DNA from: Nageia nagi
Lineage: Eukaryota > Plantae > Pinophyta
Assembly (NCBI GenBank): GCA_050084985.1
Contig: JBITNC010000001.1
Coordinates: 80,848,001-80,912,000 of the forward strand
Length of the DNA: 64,000 nucleotides
Direction of reading: 5' to 3'
Positions 11,439 to 22,745 of this stretch are shown one piece after another. The notes under the pieces were generated by a model that ran no database searches, was not told where the DNA came from, and was given only the letters and a program-made list of their open reading frames with translations. The position numbers and the translations under genes were made by a program. The stretch's first letter is position 1. Each line of letters begins with the position of its first letter.

Positions 11439-14400
11439 TGTTGTGACTAGCACAACACACCCCAAAATCTCATAATTTAGTGGACCCAAGCACCTCGCCT
11501 AAATGTCAATATGCATAACCTAGTGTCTCACTTACTTGGACATGATGTTCATCATCCCACCAAGAACTAAGTGTCACGCCTTCCCTAGTCCTAGCCATAG
11601 TAGTTCAAGTCTAAAATTTCCCAAAAATGACTAAGTTTGGAAATAGGAAGTCGAATTAGGTGAAAATAGGGAACCTCGAAGCAAGTTCTAAGTGGAGTAA
11701 GGTAAAAAAAACCTCCATGAGACCATCTCATGACACATGTTTGTGACGTTTTGAGGCATGCGCCAACCAAGGAGAAGGGTCCAGGATGAGGTTAAGGCGA
11801 AATTTGGTGAAGTTGAGCACCCATGAGCCTTGTGTTGAGGTCATGAGCAAGATTTGAGGTGGAAAAATGGTTAAGGCATAGGAAGAAAGACATCAAAACG
11901 CATTCAAATCCACCCAGGCAATCGACCGCATGAGTTCAAAAGTCATATTTATGACTTTTTGAATGATGCTCCAAGTTGAGGCATGCATACAAGGCTGGCG
12001 CATGAGTGCACAAGACAAAAATATGACTTTTTAAATCATGCATCAAGCTTAGAAGGGAGTCTAGATTGTTTCAAAAGCAAAAATTGACCATGTCATGAGC
12101 TCCAAAGGTCCAAAATCAAGCAAAATAAGGTGAAGGAGGGCTGGTGCATGGGATAAAAAGTTATAATTATGACTTTTTTAATCATGCATCAAGCCTACAA
12201 GGGAGTCTAGATTGTTTCAAAAGCAAAAGTTGACCAAGTCATGAGCTCCAAAGGTCCAAAATCAAGCAAAATAAGTTGGAGGATTGGCACATGGGATAAA
12301 AAGTCATAATTATGACTTTTTGGGCATGCGCTCAAACTGGGAGGATAAGCAAGCTTGATGCATGGGAAAAGAAGACATGATGGTGACTTTCTGGGTCATG
12401 CGCCAAGCTTAAAGGGTGTCCAGGAAATGATTGAGGTGAAATTTGGAGGAGCTTGGGTCCAAAAGAAGATGAAATCACTTAAGAAATTGAGCAAGAAGGT
12501 TGGCGCAAGGATAAAGAAGGTGAATTGAAGACCCAGGAAGGCCTGTGCAAGGTCCGATCAAGCTTTTATACCTAGCGCATGAGATGAAAATTCGAGATTA
12601 TGACTTCTGGAGGCATGCGTAGCCTAGAAAGGCCCCTAGAGCTCAGACATTGGGCCACAAGGTGCAAATTTTTGAAATTTTCATAGGCACACATACCTAG
12701 GTTGGCTAGATTGGAGGGACATGAACATTTTGCCTCCATTTTGGCCAATCATAGCCAACTAGGAAAATGAAAAACCCTAAAAATGCCTATAAAAGGGAAG
12801 CTGACCTTCATTCTTACCTGACGAGATTGCTCCTTCCTGTTGAATTCACTACAGTACCAAGATAGACAAATCCTTTGAAGTCTTTGGGGTGACTTGAGAA
12901 AATTTTTCCCTCCATTTGCTAAGACGTTGGGGGTATAACTTCAGGCATCAAATGGTGCAGACAAACCCCAAGGCACAAGAGAAAGAGGTCAAGCGCCAGA
13001 AGTAGTGACCACCAATGGTGACTCACCAAGCAAGAAATCCAATATTGACCTTGTGGCTTCAATAAGAGAATTACATGAAGACCCTAGCCAAAAGGTGGAA
13101 GATAAGTCCACGGTGACTCACTATGTGAGTAAATTTATTTTCAAACTCAATAATATGTTGTCTGTCACGAGAGTCTCCTTGAACAAAGATCTAGAGAAAT
13201 CTCAAGACTTGGAAGCTCATATTTTGAAGATCAAAATTGCTGAGTTTGGAACCATTAGAGCAGAGTGGATCAAAGACATCACCAAACTCGCTAGGAGAAA
13301 CTGAACCTTGAAGAGGAGAACACACCTCCAGTACAATACCATTTTCAAGACAAAGTGGTTGTTGAAGAACAGGGACATCATCAACAAGCAAAGGGTGAAG
13401 GCTTTGAGCCATGTGTTGCTGAGGTGAAGGGAGTAGATGGACTTGTGGATTCCAGTTGATAGAAGTCATTGCATTTTGAATGCAATATTTTACTTTTATT
13501 TTTATTATGCATAATTTAGCTATTTTGGACTCCAAATTTTATATATTTTTGTTAAAGCCTTGTGATGGATGAGGATTTGCTCCCATAAGTGTTGGACATG
13601 ATCTTGTAGTACCATGTGACAACTTTTTAATGGACCGTTGATAATTAGGGTTATTTTGAATACTTTTATTTTAATTTGTATTAGGGTTAGGGCAACACTT
13701 AGGATTACCATCCAAAAACTATAAGTAGCCCTAGAGGGCTCATTTGAAAGGATGGAATTTTGGATTTTGGGACACGAACATTTGCAATTAGATGAGTAGA
13801 GTAATTCTTTCTATCAAGCACTTGTCTATTGTGCATGTGGCATGATCTTTTGAATTAAATTGCACAGCTCCATTTCTATGTGACTATGAGCTTTATGTGA
13901 TGCTATCATTGGTGTGTTTTATACTTAAGACACTTGGAACATTTTGCAAACCTCTCGGGAGGTGGGTAAAAGAATGGATGGTTATTCCTTTTAAGTGTTA
14001 AATGTAATGCATAATTAGTGATTGCTCATGGTATGCAACTAGACTTGTATAATTCTGAAGTTTGTTCCCCTATGATGTTTAGCATGAGAACTTCATCCAC
14101 ATGTTGAAAGTGCCATCCTTGCCACAATAAACACCATTACTCCCCTGCTCCTTTCTGTAGACCATTCGTGTTGTTGGCTAGTATGAGAGGATAACTGGAT
14201 GTGTGGAACTCATAACAAACTCGATGGAACTTGGCATTCAGACATTATACTCGTTGGTGGAGCTTGATGTAAGAGGGTTGAACTTATATGCCTCTAGACA
14301 TCTCCAATCTTCCTATTTTTCTTTTATTTTCATTTTTTTTTTGGCAGCCTTTGCACCCCTAGTAGAAGTAGTGATCAAGAAACAACCCTTGCAAAGATAC

Positions 14401-14633
14401 TAGACAATCCAAGTCCTTGAACAAACAAATCTTAAATAAGGTTGTTAACAACTTCAATCATCTTAGCCACTCTTTGTGCCCCGTTCCTATCTATTCATTA
14501 GAGAGATACCTTTGAGGTAACCAATCCTCATAGTGGAGGAGGGTAATGCCTTCTCACCTAAGGTGTTGGATTTCTTCTTAGCCTTGCCACATAGCTGCCC
14601 ATCAGCAAGGTAGGAAAGAAAAACATCCCAACA
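11439..14633 (+). mobile_element. 3.2-kb solo LTR (long-LTR family, probably Gypsy Athila/Tat type) inserted in the 5' LTR of element A
   Basis: Starts TGTTGTGACTAGCACAACACACCCC and ends CATCCCAACA. TSD CAATG/CAATA (1 mismatch). Element A LTR sequence resumes directly afterwards. No flanking PBS or PPT. Confidence 0.85.
11925..12620. repeat. Interspaced palindromic repeats in the solo LTR
   Basis: About 6 copies of GCGCATG-N~6-AAAAGTCATAATTATGACTTTT-N~4-CATGCGC. Perfect 24-bp palindrome at 12298-12321. A ~146-bp higher-order duplication starts at 12023 and 12169. Confidence 0.8.
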
Positions 14634-16213
14634 CAATAAAATGCACACAATAAGTATAATACATACCAGAGAGCACATAACAATCAAAATGTGAAGAAAT
14701 TGAAGAAGAAACGAACCAAAATGTGAAAAGATGCAAAATTGGGTGAAGTGTAATGCCAAAATGTTAGTATAGAAACACGATCGCATTTGGTGAAACGTGG
14801 TCATGTTTGGTGTGAAACGCGGTGGCTCCTGCATTTGGTATTGATGAAACGCCATTGGGGCTATGTTTTTGGGTAGAGAATGGACAATATCTAGAAAAAT
14901 ACTCGAGACGAGGGTCAAATCTTTAGAAAAGGTAGACATGCGTATACTTGTTGCAAAGTATCTTCGAGGACTATTCAATGAAGAAATAATCATCTCAATT
15001 AAATGTCTCTACAAAAAGTTATGCCTTCCCAAAGATGATTGATCTGTCAAACGAATCCATTTGGCTTGATTTCCAACATTTGAACAAGTCCAGTTGGCAT
15101 GATTTCCAGCACCCATGAAGCTCTTGTATGGCCTATTCATACTTCTTCCTACTATGTTTATCTCTCAAGGATGGTATCAACTATCAAGTATAAACATTAG
15201 GATTGCAAAGCATTTATTTTATTTGTACACAACTCCTTGATATTTGTACACAACTCATTTTCCTTCTTCCATTATTGTATATCATGGACATGGAGGAACT
15301 TTTTGTTCGCACTATCTTCTTTTGGTTCTTGATAGTGAAGCTTCTTGCCTCTTCTACCCAACCAACTTCTTTTCAGATAGAAAATTGACTTTTGGCACTC
15401 ATTATTAGCTCATTTTGATGGTGAAACTACATGATCTTGCTTTCTAGACTCCATGGCTTTTTGACATGAATGGTTGTACAAGCAAAAAGTCTCAAATATC
15501 CAAGATGCCACATCACATCAAGTACCTTATCATATAAAGGGTTGATGGTGTATGAAAAGTGGCATTGATGGGTGGCCCTTGTACTATTACCAATCAAATG
15601 CATATGGTTGAGGATGGGGTGTGGTATGTAGATGCAACTTCTTGACTACATCTAAAAGATTATTTTTTTTTGGCTATGATTATGAATGATGATATGGAGG
15701 GAATTACCTTTCTTCTAAGAATGGAAAACGATCTCATCTTCCAGGTCTAGGTTTGCTACCGTTGTAATGGCTATTGTTACTAAGGGATTTGTTGTAATTT
15801 CTCCTTCATTACCGCCTCTTTTCTTTGTTGGCCAATTTTTTTCACTTTGAGATGATGTAGCAATGGTGCTTGTCCTTTGTACTTCAACATTTTTATGTAT
15901 ACTGTGTTTTGTCTTGTGGAAATCGCATCACTTATATTTCTAGGGCTGAGTCTTCTCTTACTTTCCATTAACTATGTCATATTATTTCTATGCTTAGCCT
16001 TGTGCTCCATTATATTTGCAAATTGGTACATTTGTCTCAATGTGGTGAACTCCGTGAGGTGTCTTCCTTGTTCACCAACGAAGACCTGTTCGGTATCTTA
16101 TGTTCTTGTCGTTGTTAAATTTCTCTTGTAAATATGTATTATCTTTGGGTAATTAGCTTGCATAGTAGCGAGTAATAGTGTAAAGGTCTTGGCGTGTTGT
16201 GTAAGTGAACAAT

Positions 16214-19200
16214 TGTGACATCCCCTTTAGCAAATTGTAACTAATTTTGGAATCCCATAGATTCCCTTTTTATATATTTATTTAATTAATTGAGATTTAG
16301 TTGTTATTACTTGGGATAGAAGATATAAAGGTTCGTTGGAGCCCACTGTGAGCCCCAAGTGGGACGTCTCCCTCCCAAGTATAGATTAGTGTGATTTAAT
16401 GTACTTGGAGATCTCGAAAAGTGATTGTGGGAATCTCAAGGCTTATTTAGCACGTAGAGCATGGATAAACACCTGTTTGCCCCAATGTTGGAATTTGGAG
16501 TACTTATACACATGCGCCAACCTTGGGGAGACTCCTAGACCCCCACGTTGGCCCATGACACCCGTGCATGCCTTCTAAACACCCGTGCATGCCTCCTTGA
16601 CCCACACATGCCCTCTAGACCGACATTGGGCATGAGGACCCATGTGGAGCATAAGGAAGGCCTAGATACCCACGTTGGGCTTGGAATGACCCCTAGGCAC
16701 CATCGTTGGGGTTTATGGGGCTTCTAGGAAGCCAACATTGGACTAGGAAGACTGGGTGATGAATTTGAGGTGAGATCCAGATCCAGTGTGAGCTATATTA
16801 GGCCTTGGAGCATCATTGTTGGATTTACAGATTTTGATAATATTACTCAAATCGTCCAATGGACACAAGTCTTGGTGTAGCGTCAAGCACATCCCTAGGT
16901 GCAACAACTACGAGGGTTAGCAAGATGAGGGATCTTGTTGATCTACGGTTAAGGTGGAGCATCTTAGTCCATCCGATGGTATTCCGAGGTTGCATTCTTA
17001 CCTTTAGTGGTTTCAAGGCATGGGAGTTCTGCAACAGAGCATCCAGACTTGAGGGAGTGAGTTTATCCCATCCATTGTTTCAGCTTTGATCACATTTGTC
17101 CAGTGGTTGTGCTCTAGTTGGCTCCTGGGAGGCCAATGTAGAGCCCTGTGGGTCTGGTATTGTATCATTGTTCATTATACATCATTAATACAGTCGTTGG
17201 GCATTTGGATCTCATATTGTATTGTGTATTTTTCCATTACTGCAATGTTGAGGTGTGATTGTCGATATTTGCATGTACGAGCCAAACGTTGGCATTATTG
17301 TGTTGATTAAGCTTAGTTTGGATGCCCTAGACTTGACGTTGGCATTGTGAGGTGGTTTATACTTGTATTTGCTCTTCTAGGCTAGACGTGGGTGCATACT
17401 TGTTTGAATTTGCTTAATTGCACTTGAATTTGTGATTGGGACCTTACAGTGGTATCAGAGCTGAAGATCTTGGCTCACGAGGAAATGGAAGCCAAATCTA
17501 CAGCCAAAGTGAAGAAGTCCGAATTTGGAAGGGGGTAGTTTTCTGCCAACTTCTTCAGAAATTTGAAGAGAAGAAGATCCCTTCGGAGGAAAGGGACAGG
17601 CTCTTGTCGTTTCTGGGTGAACGACACGAGGAGAAGATGAGCAAGAAGTGATGGCAAACGTGGGAGCCCAGATCTGTTCCTCCACACAAGACTTCGCCAA
17701 AAATTGAAATCTTACTCCAGATCTATCGAGGAACGATCAAAGAGTTCCAAAGAGACATCACCTTCCAGCTTTATCAAGATCTTTTGGGTTATGGAGTGGT
17801 GGCATGGAGAAAATACGTGGGAGGAGGAGAGCCAACCATGATGCCAACGTCTGGATTTGGGCCATCTGGAAGCATCAAGGACTCGGTTACTCCATTGTAT
17901 CCGAAAAGGAAGGTGAGAACATTGAAGAATGTGGAGTTCCGGCTTCAAGACAGAGCATCAATTGCATAATGATGAGACTTGGATCAGCCATGTTGACACC
18001 CCAAAGAGGTATGAATGTAATTCTGGTTTTTATGACAGTAATTCAAAATTTTTGCATGGTGTTATTGAAAGTAATAATATTGGAAAGAAAGAGGAAAGAG
18101 CCATTGTTGTTTCAGATTTGGTTTTCGGAAATAGTAATGAGGAAGATGAAGATGGCTTTGAGTCTAGCATGGAGGAAGAAAAAGATTGCAAAGAGGAGAA
18201 TGCTATTTCACATATTGGAAAATCAGAAATCATTAGCCAAGGAATCGCACTGCTACATGAGGTATGTCTAGTAGAGCTTCAAAATGGTTCATTTGAAGTA
18301 CACTCAAATATGTTGGGAAAGAGCTTGTGAATATTAGAGTTTCTAGATTAGCTTAAGAAAACATCCACACTAGTTTCATGTCTTTGATTTTGAAGTGTAT
18401 TGTGTGGGAAAGGTCAATTCTTCATGTTAATCACAATACCTTTCTAATTCCTTGGGATCCAGGTGTTTGGGTACCCAAGTATGGTGAGGATATGAAGGCC
18501 ATTGAAGCCTTCTCTTTTACAGTACCAACTTATAAGAAAAACATGACAACATTGTATGAGGATGTGGGATCATCTCTCACCCTTGGAGTGAGATCTATGA
18601 GTTTAGACTCTTGGAGAGATTTAGCACCATGGATCCATAGGGATCTAAGTTTGGAGAATGGGCATCTTGCCTTGGGAAGGTATGACTTGTTCTTCAATTT
18701 TGTTTTGCTGGTTACTAATCTTGTTTTTAGCATGAACAACAGCAGCATACAAAAGAAAAGAAATGTTTTTGTTAGCTACAACACTTGCACACCAATTGGA
18801 GGTGTTTTGGGCTCCAACATCCAAGATTGGATGTCCATACTTGCTGATTTTTATTACAGATCTGTCCCTGCATATTTCTCAGCTACATTGTCAAGAAATG
18901 GTGCCTCAAAAGAAAATAAAATGGCTGTCTTTTGGAGAAGGAAGTTCATGGTTGATGGGAGGATTATTAGCTCACATTCTTGCTTCACATTGCATATTTT
19001 GAGGGAAGCATTAGTGACTGAGTTTTGCTACAGACCTGAGTTACCCTTGTTGGCTGCACTTGGATGGCCAGTAGGAGCTGTTTTCCATATACTGTGGACT
19101 GCATACATTGGTGCATTGGCTGTTGCTGATATGTTCACTGTTCTTGAATCCTTTTATAGCAATTTTGGAGGAAACGTCCAAGCATGGGAGATCATATTGT

Positions 19201-21786
19201 TTGTTGGTAACAGTAGAACTGTTATTGCATTAATTGCTGATAATAATGAGACTGTTGCTCATGACTTTGGGACTGGTATACACTCAGTAAAGACTTAATT
19301 TGTTGTTGATACAAGAGGGACTATTGAAGATGATAAAAGGAATGTTTTTCAACTGATAGGGGCTGCCTATGACCAGGGAATATCTGATGTCACAAGCATC
19401 ATTACAGATCTTTGAATTAATTCTGTTCGCCATGATGAGATGACTGCCTTTCATGTGTTATGGACAGATCCTTATTCTCAGTGTTTGCTTCAGATAATGA
19501 TGTCTGTACCCTGTAATCCTGTTATTGACGTAATGAAAGCTGCATATGTTGATGACATGGATGTTAACAGGTTTGAGTGTTATACCAGTTTGAGAGTTGC
19601 ATTAGGGAGTGTCTGGACAACCTTTGCATCCTTCTGTAATGTTTTGAAGGCTACCAATTGCATGTTATGGACTGAATATGACAATGTTGGGGCTGTTGTT
19701 AGTAGAGGTTTTGCTGTTATTGCATATCTTCACTGGAGTTGGTGGATTACGCAGCACAAAGTTTGGGCTGTGTTTGATATCAAAAGACTAATGGTTGTTT
19801 GGAGACTCCTTTCCTCACTAGCCAAGAACATTTTAGATCCCAATGTTGGAGTGGAAGAGCTTGTCATCAGTGAGGATTTCATGTCTGCTGCTCACACTAA
19901 CGACTTCAGCCTCAATGTCCCTATTTGGAACCCCACACTTGTCGCATTTTGTAATGGACTTGTCATTTTCAATTTGTATGGTTATGATGTTCTTAACTTT
20001 ACAGATTTGGTTTTTGATGAGGGAAAGGTTCCAAAGGCCAAAGATTTCTTGCAGGACTATTAGGACATCATGAGAGCTCTAAGGGAGAATTTGTAGATAG
20101 CTCAAAATTGTCAAAAGAAGTACTATGATCAAAAGAGGATGAATAAGGCCTTTGAGGTACGGGAGATGGTATACTTAAGATTGCAATTATTCTGACAATC
20201 TACACTGAAGAAGAAGAGAGCAAAGAAGTTACAACTTAGATTCTTTGGGCCATATAAAATCCTGCGCAAGATTGGAGAGATTGCTTATGAGCTGGAGTTG
20301 CCCAAGTAGAGAAATATCCACAACACCTTTCATGTGTCACTCCTGAAGAAGGCTTTGGGACAACATGATGTTTCATCTACCACACTCCCACCGCCTGATG
20401 ATGAGGGACGGTTTTGATTCCAGAGAAGGTGTTGGAGACTTGGGTGAAGAAGTTGAGATCTAGATAGATTCAAGAATATTTGATCAAATGGAAGGACTTG
20501 CCTGAGGAAGAATCAACATGGGAAGGAGCAGAGATAATAGCACATCCAGCATTGAAATGCTTGAGGGCAAGCAATTTTGAGAGGGGGGCTTTGTGATGAC
20601 CCCTTTAGCAAATTGTAACTAATTCTGGAATCCCACGGATTCCCTTGGTATATATTTATTTAATTAATTGAGCTTTAGTTGTTGTTACTTGGGATGGAAG
20701 ATATAATGGTCCGTTGGACTCCACTATGAGCCCCAAGTGGGACATCTCCCTCCCAATTATAGACTAGTGTGATTTAATGTACTTAGAGATCTTGAAAAAT
20801 GATTGTGGGAATCCCAAGGCTTATTTACCACTTAGAGCATGGATAAACACCTATTTGTCCCAATGTTGGAATTAGGAGCACTTGTACACATGCGCCAACC
20901 TTGGGGAGACTCCTAGACCCCCACGTTGGCCCATGACACCCACGCATGCCATCTAGATCCATGTTGAGCATGAGGACCCACATGGAGCATAAGGAAGGCC
21001 TAGATACCCATGTTGGGTTTGGAATGACCCCTAGGCACCATCGTTGGGGTTTGTGGGGCTTCTAGGAAGCCAACGTTGGACTAGGAAGATTGGATGATGA
21101 TATTGAGGTGAGATCCAGATCCAACGTGAGCTATATTAGGTCTTGGAGCATCATTGCTGGATATACAAATTTTGATATTATTACTCATATCGTCTAGTGG
21201 ACACAAGTTTTGGTGCAGCGTCAAGCACATCCCTAGGTGTAACATCTAGGAGGGTTAGCAGGATGAGGGATCCTATTGATCTACGACTAAGGTGCAACAT
21301 CTTAGTCCATTCGGTGGTATTCCGAGGTCACATTCCTACCTTCAATGGTTTCTAGGCGTGGGAGTTCTACAGCAGAGCATCTAGGCTTGAGGGAGTGAGG
21401 TTGTCCCATCCATTGTTCTAGCTTTGATCACATTTGTCTAGTGGTTGTGCCCTAGTTGGCTCCTGGGAGGCCAATGTTAAGCCCTGTGGGCCTGGTATTG
21501 TATCATTGTTCATTATACATCATTAATACAACCGTTGGGCATTTGGATCTCATATTGTATTGTGTATTTGTCCATTACTGCAACATTGAGGTGTGATTTT
21601 CCATATTTGCATGTATGAGCCATACATTGGCATTATTGTGTTGATTAAACTTAGTTTGGATGCCCTAGATTTGACGTTGGCATCTTGAGGTGGTTTATAC
21701 TTGTTCTTGCTCTTCTAGTCCAAACGTGGGTGCATATTTGTTTGAATTTGCTTAATTGTACTTGAATATGTGATTGGGATCTTATA
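16214..21786 (+). mobile_element. Element C: non-autonomous Gypsy/chromovirus derivative, same LTR family as B
   Basis: LTRs 16214-17448 and 20592-21786; PBS TGGTATCAGAGC 17450-17461; PPT GAGAGGGGGG just before 20592. Flanks ACAAT and ATAGA do not match. Confidence 0.9.
20020..20590 (+). pseudogene. Integrase C-terminus (GPY/F, SH3-like) and chromodomain remnant of element C
   Basis: AQNCQKKYYDQKR...KKLQLRFFGPYKILRKIGEIAYELELP...IHNTFHVSLLKK...EYLIKWKDLPEEESTWE. Confidence 0.9.
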
Positions 21787-21928
21787 ATAGAGTCCACTAA
21801 AAAGCTATAGTGATGGTGCAAGAGTTCATTGTAAAGGAATGATGAAGCCAAATGTTGTGATAGTGATATAATAATGATTGCTGCACAATGCATAGTAATA
21901 GTGTACTATGGAGGCTCTATGTTGGTAC

Positions 21929-22745
21929 CATAGTTGTAGGATGAACGACCCAACTCTTGAGTACTTGGCCGAGTTCGAGTTGGCTCGAGACTCAGTTTTT
22001 TCTTGCACTCAGTCAAGTCCACTTGAGCTTGGGTTCGAGTCAGACTTGCGAGTCCCAATGTGGACTTGATTGGCCTAGAAAAGTGTAGGCTATGGATATA
22101 AAAAGGGAAAATCACTTTTTTTTTTTTTACATTTTCACTTTTTAGCGGCTAAATTAGAGTTTCCAAGGAGGGTTTAGGGTTTTTTACAACCAAAGAACAC
22201 AAGTTGTCATCGTTAGAATGATTTTTCATTGAGTTTGAAAGAATCTACCACACATCAACACACCCAAAAAATTCACAGTTGATGTAAATCATCTTCTTTC
22301 TCCAATCTTTTAAACTTTTTTTAGGCGTTTAGGGTTAAGTTTGCTTGCTTTGAATGTTGTTTTGGGGGGTTTAATTTTTCTTACGAAATTGTTAGCATTA
22401 GTAGTAGGGTTTTCTTACAAATTTTAGCATTCTTGGGTGGCATTAGCAACATTTGTCATTTAGTAGTAGTATTTAGAAATTAACAATAACGAATTTGGGG
22501 GATTTCTAATTGTTGTGTTTTTTCTTCTTGCTTGTATCCATGTGCAGTTGTAGGCTAATGGCATGAATAGGGAAGGACCCTATTTGAAGATATGGACCAC
22601 AAGGGTCCAAAAAGGGGGAGGTTACTTATAATTTTTGTGATTTGAAGATTAATGGAGGCATAAACCTTCTCATGTATCACTTGGCTAGATAGAAGGGGTA
22701 TGATGTGAAAGCTTGCAACTGTTTGCCTCTTGATATTGAGCAAGA
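21929..22745 (+). mobile_element. 5' part of a hAT DNA transposon with BED zinc-finger remnant
   Basis: CATAGT terminus at 21929 with CGAGT/ACTCG-rich subterminal repeats. 22558-22740 translates KDPI*RYG...VTYNFCDLKINGGINLLMYHLAR*KGYDVKACNCLP, the plant hAT BED pattern. Confidence 0.7.

Larger units (their letters stand above)
2909..15111 (-). mobile_element. Element A: non-autonomous Ty1/Copia-derived LTR retrotransposon
   Basis: 3' LTR 2909-3619 (TGAAG...CCAACA). 5' LTR 11182-15111, interrupted at 11439-14633. TSD CCCAT at 2904-2908 and 15112-15116. tRNA-iMet PBS (rc TGGTATCAGAGCC) 11167-11179; PPT (rc) ~3620-3631. Gag remnant present, no recognisable pol. Confidence 0.9.

Noticed and set aside
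11925-12620. CRISPR array
   Set aside because: Eukaryotic LTR context, degenerate repeats, irregular and partly duplicated spacers, and no cas genes.
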